Below, one piece after another: positions 14,385 to 28,300 of a stretch of DNA of 64,000 nucleotides. The notes beneath the pieces were generated by a model. It did no database searches. It was not told the DNA's origin and was given only the letters and a program-made list of their open reading frames with translations. Both the position numbers and the translations under genes were made by a program. This stretch comes from Paragordius varius (lineage: Eukaryota; Animalia; Nematomorpha). The stretch lies in the NCBI GenBank assembly GCA_964247055.1, contig OZ176051.1, positions 11,036,001-11,100,000 of the forward strand, given 5' to 3'. Positions within the stretch are counted from its first letter, which is position 1. The number at the start of each line of letters is the position of its first letter.

Positions 14385-15245
14385 TTAAGTTCTGCGAAGG
14401 TTGCGTGGGTTTCTTGTTGATTATTGTCCATCCACCTTATCCTTCTTCTGCCACTTTTACGTGCACTAACTTTACCCAACATCAAGCACTCAAGTGAATT
14501 AGATGTCATAATGTGGCCAAAGTATAGTTTTGCGCGGATGGATATTCCGAGCAATGACATGTGGGATATATTTATTTAAAATTACATTGTTAGTAATTTA
14601 ATACATCCATTTTATTTGTAAAAGTTTTCTTTACATCCACATTTCAAAGGAGTTAATTATTCTTGTGTCGGATTTTTTTTGAGTCCAACCTTTCACACCG
14701 GTAGAGGAAAGTTGGAAAAACGATTGCATTTGTTAGTCGAATTTTCGTTTTTAAGCTGTAATAATGGAATGCCCAGATTTTGTTATAATCGAAAATTCGT
14801 TTGTAAGCTGACATCATGGGATGCCCAGATTTTGTTATAGTTATTTGCGGCCGTTTTGGCCATGGCTATCATCCGTTTTATCTCGGTAGTACAATTATTA
14901 TCATCACGTGTTAAGCTCCCAGGATATGTGTAACTTTTGACTTTTTCAATAGAGTTTCCGTTAACGATTGTTTGCAGCTTTTGGGTTAATTTGTATGGTC
15001 TTTATTTTTGAAAGATTGATCTGTAGCCCATACTTTTGACACTCGTCTACAAAATGTCGTAGTGTGAGAGTCAAGGATTTTGGTTTTCTGCGAAGATAAC
15101 CGTATCGTCTGCATAGTGAATGTTAGATCAGAGCCTCCAACCTGAACACCGAATGAATCGGGTATGTTTGTCATTATGCATTTGAGATATGCGTTTGACA
15201 GAATAGGTCATAAGACGCAGCCCTAACCCCACATTTACCATGCAG
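14385..15245 (-). mobile_element. RTE-clade LINE 3' relic inside the GPCR intron
   Basis: GVR.GC..P, YADDTVIF (~15085-15115), YTYPGS...EIKRMIAMAK, VFPTFLY.CESWT, LYFGHIM...LMLGKV...RRRIRWMD. Also a ~52-bp internal tandem duplication at ~14737-14840. Confidence 0.85.
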
Positions 15246-15299
15246 GTATCAGTTATCCAATGATTTGTGGAAACCACAGGACCCTTATTTTTGGCCAAT

Positions 15300-15540
15300 C
15301 GATAATACAGTAGTTAATGGTATTAAACAAAAAATGTTAAAATTAAACAATTTTCAATCTTTTACATTTAATATGTTAATTTTATATGGACAAAACATTG
15401 TTTCATACCAAGTGGCTAATCATAACTTTACAGGTTTTCCTGGAAAACAGTGACATTATCGATTCTGAATGCATGGGTAATTGCAATTCAAACTGGCGTT
15501 ATAAATGTGTAGATGGATACTTCAATGAGAAACGTCGTAC
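15300..15540 (+). mobile_element. Possible piggyBac transposase C-terminal relic
   Basis: Weak frameshifted similarity (DQ..SY, KW....., ILNAWVI). Confidence 0.25.
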
Positions 15541-15579
15541 GAATTATAAAAATGTTTAATAATTTAAAGGTGGGATATG

Positions 15580-16260
15580 TAGAGTGACCAGTTCCGCTTT
15601 TGGCGAGACAGTCCAGATTTCTTATTATTTGGCCTGCCCCCCGCTATTTTAAAAATCCTTACTTTAAAATCCAATTTAATTTTATATTTATATCATTGTT
15701 TTGTGCTCTTTTATGTTCGTAGCGGAAGTTGATATCGGAAAACACTGAATACTGTAAAATGCGTTGGTCAGTTCTTCTGCCAGCTATGAAAGAATTTTAA
15801 AATGGTATGATACCTTATAATCCTACTTTCTATCACAAGGCAAATGTTCTACAATTTAAGATAAAAGTAATTCTTATAAATACTAAAGTTTCTACAAAAT
15901 CAAGCTGCTCTTTTTCAATACGTCATTACACTTATTGAGGTTGACAAAATATCGGCAATCGAATAGTAAATAAAGCTAATAATGACATCAGAAAAATCTA
16001 AATTAAATATTGAAACTCTGAAAGCCATTTTATGTCTTATATATAATTTAATTAATTCGAAGAATTTTATAATATTTTAAAAAATGATAAACCTGCTCAA
16101 ACAAGAAATAAAATATTATACATTTTTTTATATTTATAAATTTTCTTATTTTAAAAATAAAAAAATATTAAGATATTATTTTTTGTATGTAATTGATAGT
16201 AAGACCCCCCCCCTTCCGTTCAAAGTTGTCCCGTTTTGTTTATTTAATGTGGTCACCAAT
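15580..16260 (+). mobile_element. hAT-Blackjack-like deletion derivative
   Basis: Ends TAGAGTGACCAG / TGTCCCG...TGGTCACC. Internal 15760-15860 is homologous to the transposase of the 40528-44184 element (RW..LLPA.ERIL). TSD not preserved. Confidence 0.6.
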
Positions 16261-16741
16261 GATGTTTAGTTATTTGGTAAGGATAGCTGAACCAAGAGTA
16301 CATAAAAGTAAACGCGTATTATATATGATATTAATCATAGCTATGGAAAATTATCTAATTTCATCGTGATGCAAAAATAGTTAGACCCATATTTTCACAA
16401 AAATTATGTGAATGTTTTCCTATAATCGAAGTTAACAATACCCTTAACTAAAGAAGGGCTGAATCGAAATTTATATTAACTTATATTGTTTTCAAATAAA
16501 ATTATGAGATTTGGAGTTAAAAAAATTTTTTTCGGTTACAATTTTTAATTCTATTGTTCTTTGCTCTGAATAAATTTGGTTTTTAACAAAATGATTATTT
16601 CTAACGTGTTACAAACAGTAATAATTAATGATCAAATATCGGTGGAGACAAATAACTATACAAACCGTCCAATTTTTAGTGGACAATTTGTTGATTTATA
16701 ATAATAAAGTTAATTTTCAATGGTATATTTCAGAATCTTAC

Positions 16742-18125
16742 TTGGATTACCCAAAAGGGGTGTTATAGCTTGGGGAGATTTTACAGTAGGTTTCTTTCGG
16801 GTAACCTCTATTAAGAATTTAAATACGATGATATTGCACAACGTAGAAATGACGTAGGGCATGAACGCTAAGCTAAAATTAATCCAAATACGATAATCTG
16901 GAAACCAATGATAATAGTATTCCGGCATATTGTCATACGTTATCCTAATTGGAATATTTAAAATGGTTGTACCATTATTTGAAAAAGTGATGGAATTATT
17001 ATTGATAAAATGGTTAAGTTTGTTAGAAGAAGCGGATGGATTTTTACATTTGATAATAGTGGGAAATATATCGTGTTTTTGTAAAGTGCAACCAAAATCT
17101 TCTTTCCCCAACACAAAACTAACTAATGATTTGTTAACTTCCAAATGGTTTAATTTCATAAGAAAGTAAGGAGAAACAGGATTTGACGATTCTTCATTAC
17201 AAACCTTTATAGTGGGTTGGGGTTTTTCCACAGCCCCAAAGCCATATGGAGTAGTAAGGGCTAGGCTTATTCCAAAACTCATTATTATAACGCTTAAGAT
17301 GAATCGATCTGTCATAACATTCCGGTATGTGTAGGGTGCTTTAATGGCAAAGACACGATCTATGGCAGAAAACATGCGAAGCAAATAGCTCATATGAGTA
17401 AAGAGGTCCATAAGCGGAAATCCCACTTTAAAACTATACCATGCAAATGTTTTCGATTGCCTACACGTATAATAGCAGGCTTGATATAAATAAGGTACAC
17501 AGATAGAATTCAAGGTCACTAAACAATCAGATAGGGCAAGCGCTTTTACATACAAATAAAGATTTGATTTATTTTTTCGCCCATGCCTCTTTTCCACGAG
17601 CGTTGTCCAATATCCTTTGACACAAGTTAGAATATGTTTATCATTACGTTTGTAACTTAATTTATTATTCCTAATTACAGTTTTCGGCATAAGGTTAGAT
17701 TTTTTATTCCTTACCCCTAAATTTATTAGACTAATCAAACATTTACAGATTTGATCGGAAACGGTATTTTGATATGATTGCTTTTCCGGTTTAGTCGTTG
17801 GTATCATTATTTGAACTTGGGGTGGGGTTGATTTAGGGTTTGTTCTAGCGCTTTGGTTGATTACTGTGTCATTTGCTGACAGATCGACGAATGATAAACT
17901 CCAAAAATAACAAAAATCCCCTATTAACCCAATTAGTAGCATTAGGGGCAAAATTATCCCATATGTTATATCGATTGAATGATACTTATATGCAGTTGAT
18001 GGTGCCGTATGTAATATGGGCATGCGCTTTTCACTTAAAACTCCGTTATTTAGGACCGGATCAGTGATGGAATCATTATTCAACCATAAACATTTATATT
18101 TTAAGCTATGATCCCACCAACCCAT
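16742..18125 (-). CDS. Rhodopsin-class peptide-type GPCR (FMRFamide/sex-peptide-receptor-like orphan group), exon 1 (TM1-TM5)
   Basis: 461-codon open frame. TM1 ...LLIGLIGD, TM2 ALALSD, TM3 end AIDRVFAIKAP, TM4, TM5 FMPYVISTLCNII. Donor A|GTAAGA at 16742/16741. Confidence 0.88.
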
Positions 18126-21100
18126 AACAATTTGTTTGTTTTTCGAGTTGAATTGTAGTTTATTTTTTCCAAAACATACAGTTTTGAAAATAATGAAACG
18201 AAAATTAGATTATAAAATATATAGGATAAAAGTAATTATTTATGGTAAAAATAATAATGTTCAGCAAGACTAAACGTGAAATGCATTCACTAAGAAGAGA
18301 AATTTGATATTTAATTAGGAGATAACATATTCATATAATTAATTTTCTCGGAGAGAGAGGCAATACTCATCCATTTTCTATTTCTATAGGTTATACAAAA
18401 TAGATGAGGTAAAATAATATTAAATTCTTTTTATTTTAATTAATAACTGTGTTTACGGATGCTTTTTATAATAATATATATATTTGGAACGAGAGAAACG
18501 TACCAATATCCAATGTAAAAAAACGTAATGAGTATAACAAGCCATCTCCTTAAATTAGGGGATCAAGTTTTTTCACTTTTAAATTAGTTATTGATTTTCG
18601 AATCCAGGTAGATAAATACCTTAAAAGTTTAAATGTTAATGTTTGATGATTGACCAAATATGTTCCGAATATTCTGAAAAAGGTTAAAATAATTTGATAT
18701 GATGATTAATTATATTATATTAAATAGTTAAATAACTAAAATCTAATTAACATAAAATCCTTTATAACGCTCCACTACTTTTGTGTATTTGGCTATCTAA
18801 AACAATACATCTGATATTGGGCTAAATTTACAATTATAAAAATAAATTTTGAAAAATGATGTTATTTCTTATTAATTGTTTTAAATCAATCAAATTATGC
18901 AAAATTATTATTTAGTAACTGTTATTGGGGCTAAAAAGAGGTTTTTATGTTTTTATATAAATATAATGTTAATTGATTATTTGATTGCTTGATATAATTG
19001 GCTCTTCATTGTGAGAAATTAAAAATTAAGTTTAAAAGATCATCTAGATATAAAGGCAAAATTTCCGTCTCAGATTTTGGACGGCCTTTGTTAAGAAAAT
19101 ATGATTTAAATTAATTTTTAAACTGTTTCCGGCCTAATTAATAAGGCTCAAAATTAAACAAATTTAAATTATTGATTAGTATTAAACTGTGCAATAAAGA
19201 GGGCCAATTATTTAAAAAATTTTTTTTGCCTGAGATAGCTTATAACCAGCGAAGTCATTTGCCGCAAAATTATCCTTAATTTTCACTTTTTGCCCAATAT
19301 CGATTTTCTCTCAATCTTTTAGAACTTCATCAAATAAATTTTGTATGATAAAATATATGATGATAAAACTTGATATATAAAGATTTATTTTCATTTTATC
19401 AGATAAATTATAACAAACATCATATAATTAGGATTTTTATAAAATCTCAGATAAAAAAATCGTGTTTTTCTTTAGAATACTTATTACACAGAATATTTTT
19501 TGTGAAATTAGAATTTTTTAAATTATTTTCTAAACTCACTATTGAAATCTTATCATTCTACAGTAAAAAACTAAATTTGTATTAAAACAAACCTGTTAAT
19601 GGTATTTGAACAAATTTTTCGTTTATAATTCCCTATTTTTTAATCCTATTTTGTATCATATACTTCATAATTATGGCTCATGTAAGATTCGAAAATAAAA
19701 CAGTAATTAATTAACTCATAAACCAGATGACAAAAAATTAAGAAATAATAAACAGTATTTTATTATTTTTATTTTGATATATAAGTTGTTTGTATAAAAT
19801 ATGAATTTTAAGATTTTAATAGTGAGTGAAAAAAGATTTTTTGATCTATATTAATAAAAACCCTAACTAACTATATTATTTAAGGCTATTTAAAATTTTT
19901 AAATATCCTATAAAACGATATTAATTCTTAATACCTCAAATTTTATTATTATATTTTAAATTCGCCTGAATTTTCAATTTTTGGGCGATTTCCTCTCAAT
20001 ATTTCAATAGGTGTTCAAATAAAAAAATTTTCGAAAAATGAATTTGCTGGTTATAAACTATCTCATGAAATAAAACAGTCTTATTAATCAAAATCTCTAG
20101 ATAAAGACAAAGTTCTTTAAAAATTGTTTTCACTTATGATATTTAATATAAATATACCTCTAATTGCGATGGTAGGCTAAGAAAATATAAACAAAATGAC
20201 ACTTTTTGCTTTTATAGAAAATCACTTTAAAATATAAAATTTGTCATTAATTTGGGACTATTGCTGAAAATACGAGTGCTTCACCCAGGTTATATATTAA
20301 TTTTTTGCTATATTTTGTCTAGAAAATTTTTCTGCCCCAATTAATCTTAGTATTTATCAAGTGTTAATTGTTATCCAATGCATTCTCTAAAAGGGAGTAG
20401 CAAATAATTAAAACTTAGAGATATTAAATTCTTTTAGATTTTTAATTATAGAAGAAACTAAAAAAATAGAATAAATCCAAACTCAGAACCATGCTATAAA
20501 AATATTTCATTAAAATTAATCATGAGTGCTGTGGAAGGGATATTTCATTATCTATAGAGATATATAAATTAGATAAGATTCTAATTTATTTTAACTAAGC
20601 GGCGACAACTCAAGCCAAATGTTTCAACATAACGCCCTCACAAAAAAATAATCACCTAATAAATTAAAATTTATCAAAAAAAACTGGTATGTTTTAATAT
20701 AAAATAAAGGTAAAAAATTCGGATCCCTGGGGAAATTTATAATATGACTGAAAAATTAACGAATCTTACCAAACCTTAATTATATATTTAAACGTAATCA
20801 TTTTCTAATCATATTTCCTAGTTTGAAAAAATTTAAATACATAAAATTAAATAAAAAATTGCATAGCTTAAAATTATTTAAAATTAATAAATGACCAACC
20901 GCTCTGAAATGGTGCCAGTTGTATATTGGTTAAAGTTAGATAAAAATATAATAAACTCAATTGTTTTTATATACATAAGCATTCTAATTTACTCATTACA
21001 AAAATTTATCAATAAAATAGATTTATTTTTTCAATTAACTGACCGCGTTTATATCTGAATGACTAATGAGTAATTTTGGAAACTCACTACACAGTATAGT

Positions 21101-21178
21101 TATAATTTCACTGTTAACAGCATGAGCTCCAATCTTATATCGTTCTCCTTTCCCGGATATTTATCGGTTAGAATATAT

Positions 21179-22537
21179 GGCCTGCTGAATAAAAGCTAGT
21201 ATATACTAAAAACTAGGTTTTTTCCAGTATATACTAGCTATGTATTGAATAAAAAAATATATTGCTTTTACTATCCAGTACGTACTATGTTTACCAGTAT
21301 TTACTGACAAATATCATTGAATAAAAATTGTCTTTTTACAAATTTTACCTAGTACTTACTGGTTTTTTTTAAGCTGGTAAATGGCAACTATTTTTTCACT
21401 TAAAATAATATCGGTTATTTTATAAAATTTCTAAGATAAATGTATTTTTAAATTACATGATTCATATATATATATATATAAACTTATTAATATATTAATT
21501 AAATATTATTTGTTTTATTATTAATAATAATTTTTTTCCTATTTTAAGCTTTGTGAGTTCAATTTGCAGAGATTATTACTTTTGTTAAAAAATATTGGTT
21601 TTTTTTCAAGAATGTCCACAATCATATCATTTTCTTCGATTATTTCATTTTTGTGTAAAATATTTGAGTTTATATACTTTATAATGACCTTAATTTTATT
21701 TTATAAACATATAAATTTTATATATTTGAGTGAATATTTTTGAATGAAGCTATTTTCTATATAAAAAACCACAGATTTATTCAAATTCCAGTTATGACTA
21801 AGATAAAATGACCTTTTCATATTTTGGTTAAAAATTAAATATATCTTTAAGGAAACTAACTCCCAGGATGCAAATGGAGGTATTTATAATATCATAAATC
21901 TAGATTTTGTGTTAAGATTTCTTGGAGATCCGGGATATCAAGCGGGTATAGGACTTGATTTTAATGTTCATAGTTCCACAATATTCAAAACTATACCTAA
22001 AGTTATGGACGAAATAGTATCAAAATCTCATTGGGTAAAAATTTCCAAGTCATTGAAGAGCTTAATATGGGGAATAAATTATGACTATCCAAATATAAAA
22101 TGTCAACTGCTATTGGTTGCATTGATTGTTCACACTTTGAAATATTAAGACCTAAAAATGTTGAGGCCTATATAAATCGAAAGGGTCGATGTACCCTCAA
22201 TGTACAATTCACATGTAATGCCAATGAAGAAATTACATCCGTGGATGCACAATGGCCAGGATCTGTGCATGATTCAAGGATATGGCGAAACACGATTGTT
22301 CAGTCATATCTGTGCAAACAAAATGATTTTTGTTTGTTAGGTGATAATGGATATCCACTACCCTGGCTCCCGAAAACTAACAAAAAACAAAATGAAAATA
22401 AACATTTTACACATACTAAAGACTTAAGTACGTACATGATAGTAAGTACCTATTTTTATTCAATGTTTTTTCAAAAACTGGTACATACTATTAAGCACCT
22501 ACTACCCAGTAGGTGCTAGTTTTTATTCAGCAGGCCC
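21179..22537 (+). mobile_element. PIF/Harbinger transposon, truncated and frameshifted DDE transposase
   Basis: TIRs GGCCTGCTGAATAAAA / TTTTATTCAGCAGGCC(C) with TAT on both sides. ORFs 21909-22148 and 22100-~22370 give HARBI1-type motifs IGCIDCSH, YINRKG, AQWPGSVHDSRIW, LLGDNGYP. Confidence 0.85.
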
Positions 22538-24490
22538 TATAATCTAGCATATATAAAAAAAGTTTGACGCAATCTCTGTATTTTTGCGTTCATTATTAGC
22601 CTATTTTATACGGGGCTATAAATTTGAGACTTTTGGAACCCAAAAATTTTATATAAATATTGTTTTGATTTAAAAATATTTTTTTGATGATATTTTATGT
22701 AATAAAGCGTTTCATCAAAATTTTTAAGCATTATGTGCAAAATATACGGATATTAGATATGGAGTGTATGATACAAAAGTGTAACGATTTATTAGACTCT
22801 TAAAGACCAAGCATTATGAGAATCCTGATTCATTATTAAATCAGAAAATACATATATCAAGATATGTTGTGTGGATTGTGTAATTAAAATTTTATAGAAA
22901 AATATGTTATGCATATAATTATTTATATGTTTTTTGGACTGATGCATTTATCTTTCACTAAAATATTTTTTAGCATAAAAGGCAGTGCATCCAAGATAGA
23001 ATATATGTGCGGATTCCTATGGCGTATTTGGTTTCACTTAAGAGTATTTAAGAAATTAACAAACTATTGTGTTAACTGCTCCATATCAGGAAATAGCACA
23101 TTTTGTTAAATGAAAATTTTTGTTGAAAGCTAGATTGTTTTATTCCAAAGTTATCACTAAAATAAACCATATTTAAACAAGTTTTCATGAAATTTTATAA
23201 GTAAGCTCGGAAAAACTCAAATTTTCTAACGAATCTAAAACGGACAGGTAAAAACTAGACGCAAAAATGCCATTGCGGAAAAATTTAAATATATTCCTTT
23301 TGACATCAAAATATATTTTGAATAAAAAATTTAATAGAAAAAATATTATTGAAGCGTGTTTTATCGTATTTTGGTGGTTAAAAAATAATTCAAGATGAAT
23401 TTTTTTTATCTGATTCATGATGTTAATTTCTATAATTTTTGATTTTATATCTAAAATAAAAATATATTTAAATAACAACTTTCATTTACTTATATTTGTA
23501 GATGAATATTGTGAATGGAATACATATTATAGAAATGTTTAACGTCATCGATTACATAGAAAAGTTTAAAAACATCTTGTGTTTTTATATTTTTCCATCA
23601 TGCACAATACCATACAACTCGCTTTACGAAAATTTTATATTTAATTTTAACACATTATATCCAATTTTTGGGAAAAAAACCTTTTCTGGTGTCAAAATTT
23701 CAGACTTATATTAAAAATTTTATAATGAAAATCAGCATGTTTGCGTTATTAAATATACCCAATTTAGACGGGTCAAGAAATTAAGTTTTTTGAAGCCCAC
23801 ATCTTTAGAATTAAAAGTTTTATGCTTTGATAACTTTTATTGATATTTATTAGAATGAAGCAGGCTAAGACCTAAAGCTAAACCACCATTGATACATTTT
23901 TTAAATATATATATATGTTACATTATGAAATTATTTTCACTCATTGATGTGCATCTAAAAAATTATATAACTAAACATTTTTTATATTATTACGTTTATA
24001 TTTTGCAATTTTATCTGAAGAAACAATCGCCTTAAACACTTGTTTTTGGTTTAATGGGACTAAGAGCAAGTGTGCTTAAAATCTCTGCAAAAACGGATTT
24101 TAAATTTTACACATTTTCCTCAATCAAATTAAAAAATGCTTTTATTTTATTTCAAAAATTGATTTTGTATAAACGCTTAATTTTTTAATTGCAAAATGAT
24201 ACATTTTTGTCGAATGTTTTGAGTTTTGATTTTATAAATTTTTTTTTCATTTAAGCTATCTGCTTTTTGAGTTTATTTTTCTTAAATGCATAGTGTGTGA
24301 GTTTTTATCTTAAAAAAAGAAAGCTTTGCAAATATGTAATTATACAATATAAAATAAAATAAATGGGTAATTTAATTAATGTGAAAAAATTTACAAGCAA
24401 AAAAATCTATAAATTAAGGTTACAATAATGTTGTAAAATTTTAGACGGGTTAATAATCTCGAAATCTGAGGAATTATAATCTCCATTAAT

Positions 24491-25292
24491 TTAACCAACT
24501 ATAGAGATAATAAATAAAATGATTAATATCATTTAAATAAAATAAAAGTTTAATTAACTATATCTTACGTGAAGGGTGTGGGACAGCGTACTTTCGGAAC
24601 GGCTAATAAAATATAACATAACATTGATAGGACATTTGTGAGTAAATATCTGAAAATATCATACAAATAAATACCTGGAATACTTGTTTTGGGATAGATG
24701 GAACTAATAAGAAAATAAATTTATGATAGATATATAAAATAATATTTTGAGATGATTTAACTTAATTTGTGCTTATTTTTGGTATATTTTTGAAAAATAT
24801 AAAAAGTATTTTGCAGTAAACAAATGTCAATTCAAACACATATTAACGATTAAAATGCATACCTGCAAGAGACGGAACTTTTGGAACACCTTAAACATGA
24901 GAAAAGAAATAAAAAATAAAGCGATTGCATAAAATATAGTTAAAAATTTTATTATTATCATATGCCTGGGATTGGAAGGGATGGTAAATTAGGTACAGCT
25001 AAAGCAAAAATATTTCATTTTAAATTATAATGATGATAAGATATATATAATTAATATATCGGTTAACCTGGTATTCCACCACCAATAGAGCCCACATGCC
25101 TCCAATATTCGGTACTAATACACATAAAAAACGATATAAACTAAGATTAACATTGGTTAACATTTAAATCGATAAATTAACGACATTAAATAATTAAATT
25201 ATTTGTTTTATAAAAAAAATGCGGATACTTTGTCCGAATACTCCAGCGATTGCGAACAAGAAAACACCACTAAGCAAAAGAAAACGGGCCAT
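24491..25292 (-). pseudogene. Micro-exon gene (probably decayed) for a small secreted Pro/Gly-rich peptide
   Basis: Exon 1 (25292-25229) encodes signal-peptide-like MARFLLLSGVFLFAIAGVFG-Q. AG/GT-bounded micro-exons follow at 25114-25068, 24998-24966 (GC donor), 24889-24863, 24703-24675, 24602-24569 and 24498-24491. In phase 1 they encode repeated VPxxPxxP units. Three exons are 1 nt off a multiple of 3. Confidence 0.55.
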
Positions 25293-25399
25293 TTTTTACA
25301 TTGATGATAGAATGATAAGGTAATTGAACTATAATAATTGAAATAAGTAAAAATTCGTAATAAAAGTTGCCCTTTTATAGATTATTAATACATCACACA

Positions 25400-28300
25400 A
25401 CAAAAAAATGAAATGGTTTCGAAATCGATCAATGTCATATCAATAGTCAAACTGTTGAATAAAAATTGCGTCTTTAACACCTGTTCGAATAGGTAAATCA
25501 ACAAAGTACTTAAAAATATTTATCATGCATTAATAATATTGAGTCTACAAGAAATGTGTAAAAAAACCTTTCATGATGATTTGTTTTGATTTATTTGGAA
25601 TGTCATTTTTTACAAATATAGAAATTATTATAAATAACACAATTCATCTTATATTTAAAGATATATTTTCCATTTCTAAGTTTAAGCGCTACAATAAAAT
25701 TAATTTACAATTTGGTAATCGCAATGCTATAATCTAAAATATAAATTTTATAATGAATTTTTCGGCTATGTATGGCAGTTTACCAAGATTATGAAATAAT
25801 CGGATAGATGTATGGTTAGTATATATTTAGACATTAATTATTTTAAATAATATGTTTCGAGAGTTTTAATTTACGGCTTTTAATCGCCTTACTTTATTAG
25901 CTTCCAGTTTCGCCATAGCTCGCTCAAGATAATTTTTAATATTTTTGAGTTTAGAAGCACTTTTCCGATATATATTTAAGCCCATTATGATTCAATACTG
26001 CATGTTTTTACTTAAGCGGCAAATGTGACTAGGTCTAATGTTTGTCCTGTTCTCAGATGGGCTAATGAGTTTTTTTAAAAAATTTGATGAAGTTATTTTA
26101 TTGTTGTTTGGAACACTTTTTGAAATAAAAATATTTAATTAGTCTAAATAACATCTTATTTGAATTTCTTAAATATTTTATGAGACATTTTTCATATAAT
26201 TAAAATTAGACACAACTAAATGCATATGGGGGTGATTAAAATGTACAGCATATTATGGTTTTCTCAGCATATACCATATACAATAAATTATAGCTAAAAA
26301 ATATTTTTTTACAAACGGATTTTTTTGATGTCACAATTAAGCGTGTTATATAAAACTCTTTACGCGCCTTCTCGGTAATTTTGCATTTTAATAAATTCAG
26401 TCCGTTTTAGAGCAGGGCAAAAATTTGAGATTTTGGAGATTACATCCAAAATTTCGTTTTATAAAAATATTTTTTCAGAATATATTTCAACAGTTGGATA
26501 TACATTCATTTCAGTATTCCGATTCAAGGAGTCTTTAGGGACCACAGGCCTGTTTAAAATTAAACATTTCTCAAAACCTGGAACAAATTGAAACCAATGC
26601 AGATGTTTGCTTTTATACAACATTGAAATCAATAAAAAAACTTTTTAAAAAAACTTGTTTAATTATTTTATGCAAGGTAAAATTTAGTCATCAAGACATG
26701 TGTTAGCTAACACTGCGTTCGAAATCGGCGGTATAGAAAAATAACCTGTTAAAATAAAAATATTCTGATAGGAAAATATCAGAACCATTATGGTTTTTGG
26801 TTTTGGCTGTTACGAGTGCACATATTTATGTTAAGTGCTCACCAAAAATGTAAAAATTTGCCCACATAAAAATAAATAAATATTTAAGGCGAAAGCTAAA
26901 GCTTCATTCCAAAAAATATCACTAAAAATATCATAAATTACAGAAAAAGGAAAACAATATAATTGAAAAATTTTGATTTTTAAATGTGACCTTCGAAAGT
27001 CTCAATTTTTTTCGCTATTCTAAAATGGGCTGAATCCTTTAAATTAAGAAAATGCCAAGATTGCGCGATAAAAATTTTAAATATAAAATATTTTACATAT
27101 AACACAAGAACGAATGTTTTAATCAAAATTTGGTATAAATGTTAAGCGTGATGAAATTATATTGATTTTTTAATGTCTTAAGGCGTTTTTATACCATTTC
27201 ATTATGTCTTAAAATAGTTAGAAATAGGCTTCAACAAAATTTTACTCAAATTAAATTTTTATGTACGCATTTTCTTTGAAATATTTTTATTGATATCAAA
27301 ATTTACATTATTAAAAATTTTATCGCGCAACTACGGCATTTTTGTTTTTATTGTGAGAAAACAAGTTTATTTTGGAGGAGCAAAAAATTTAAGACTTTAG
27401 ACACACTAAATATTAAATTTATTAAATATAAAATTTAATGAACATGTGCGCAATATTTGATATAAAAAACTTAGGGCCATGTAAAGAAGCTTATTTTTAA
27501 GCTCAATCAACTGGATTATATATTATGAAAAGACATAGGTTTGAGAGGCGGTTAAAAATTCTTATTAATATGATGGAAAACAGTTCTACACGCGATTTAT
27601 ATGTGGGTCTTACTGAAAAGTTTTTAAATGATTTGTTGATATCTGTGAATCTTTATGAATAATGTATTTTAGCATCGGCGATAAGCCTAAGACTGGAAGG
27701 CTTTAGCCGAAGAAATGACCGATTGGGATACAAAGTAACCGTGGGATAATCGATATATGTTATAAATATAATTTTGATATTTGTATAAAAAATATGCTTA
27801 TTTATTGTGTAAAAATAAATTATAAATTATTAAGTCTTATTTCGTTTCGGTATATTCCTGCCTGATGGCTATTAGAATAGAAGCTCTATGATTTTCTGAT
27901 ATTGGGTTCGCTAAATCATTTACGTCAATATTACCTATCGGTTTTATATGCTTTAATTGCCATGCAAAGATATACCAGTTCTTCCCACTATCATAAGTAT
28001 GTTGCAGAGATACATGTCTAAAATATACTAAAATATACTCGATACTATTTCTGTGGTTTCAGCGAGGATAAATAATATTTATTTGACATATTCCAAATTA
28101 ATGAAAATATTTTCCATAACGTACCAATACTATAAAATTTGCATTTGGACTAATACAGTTTTCAGATTCCAAAAATTCTTTTTAGTTCTCCAGATATCGG
28201 CTTTATAACCTCAATACTCAGTAACCAAGCTCAAAAATTCCTTTATCTCAACAGGATGACGAAGGCTCATTCACCTCGATTAGTAATCCATGTGAAGAAC

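Noticed and set aside
21560-21830. Myb/SANT-like partner ORF of the Harbinger element on the minus strand
   Set aside because: Only a short, weak resemblance with stops; not enough to call.
22540-24450. Several 65-97-aa ORFs (22909, 23185, 23502) as genes
   Set aside because: Rich in Ile/Phe/Lys/Asn as expected from AT-rich non-coding DNA; no motifs or splice-consistent structure. The same applies to most short ORFs in the track (e.g. 19370, 35248, 51622, 61001).
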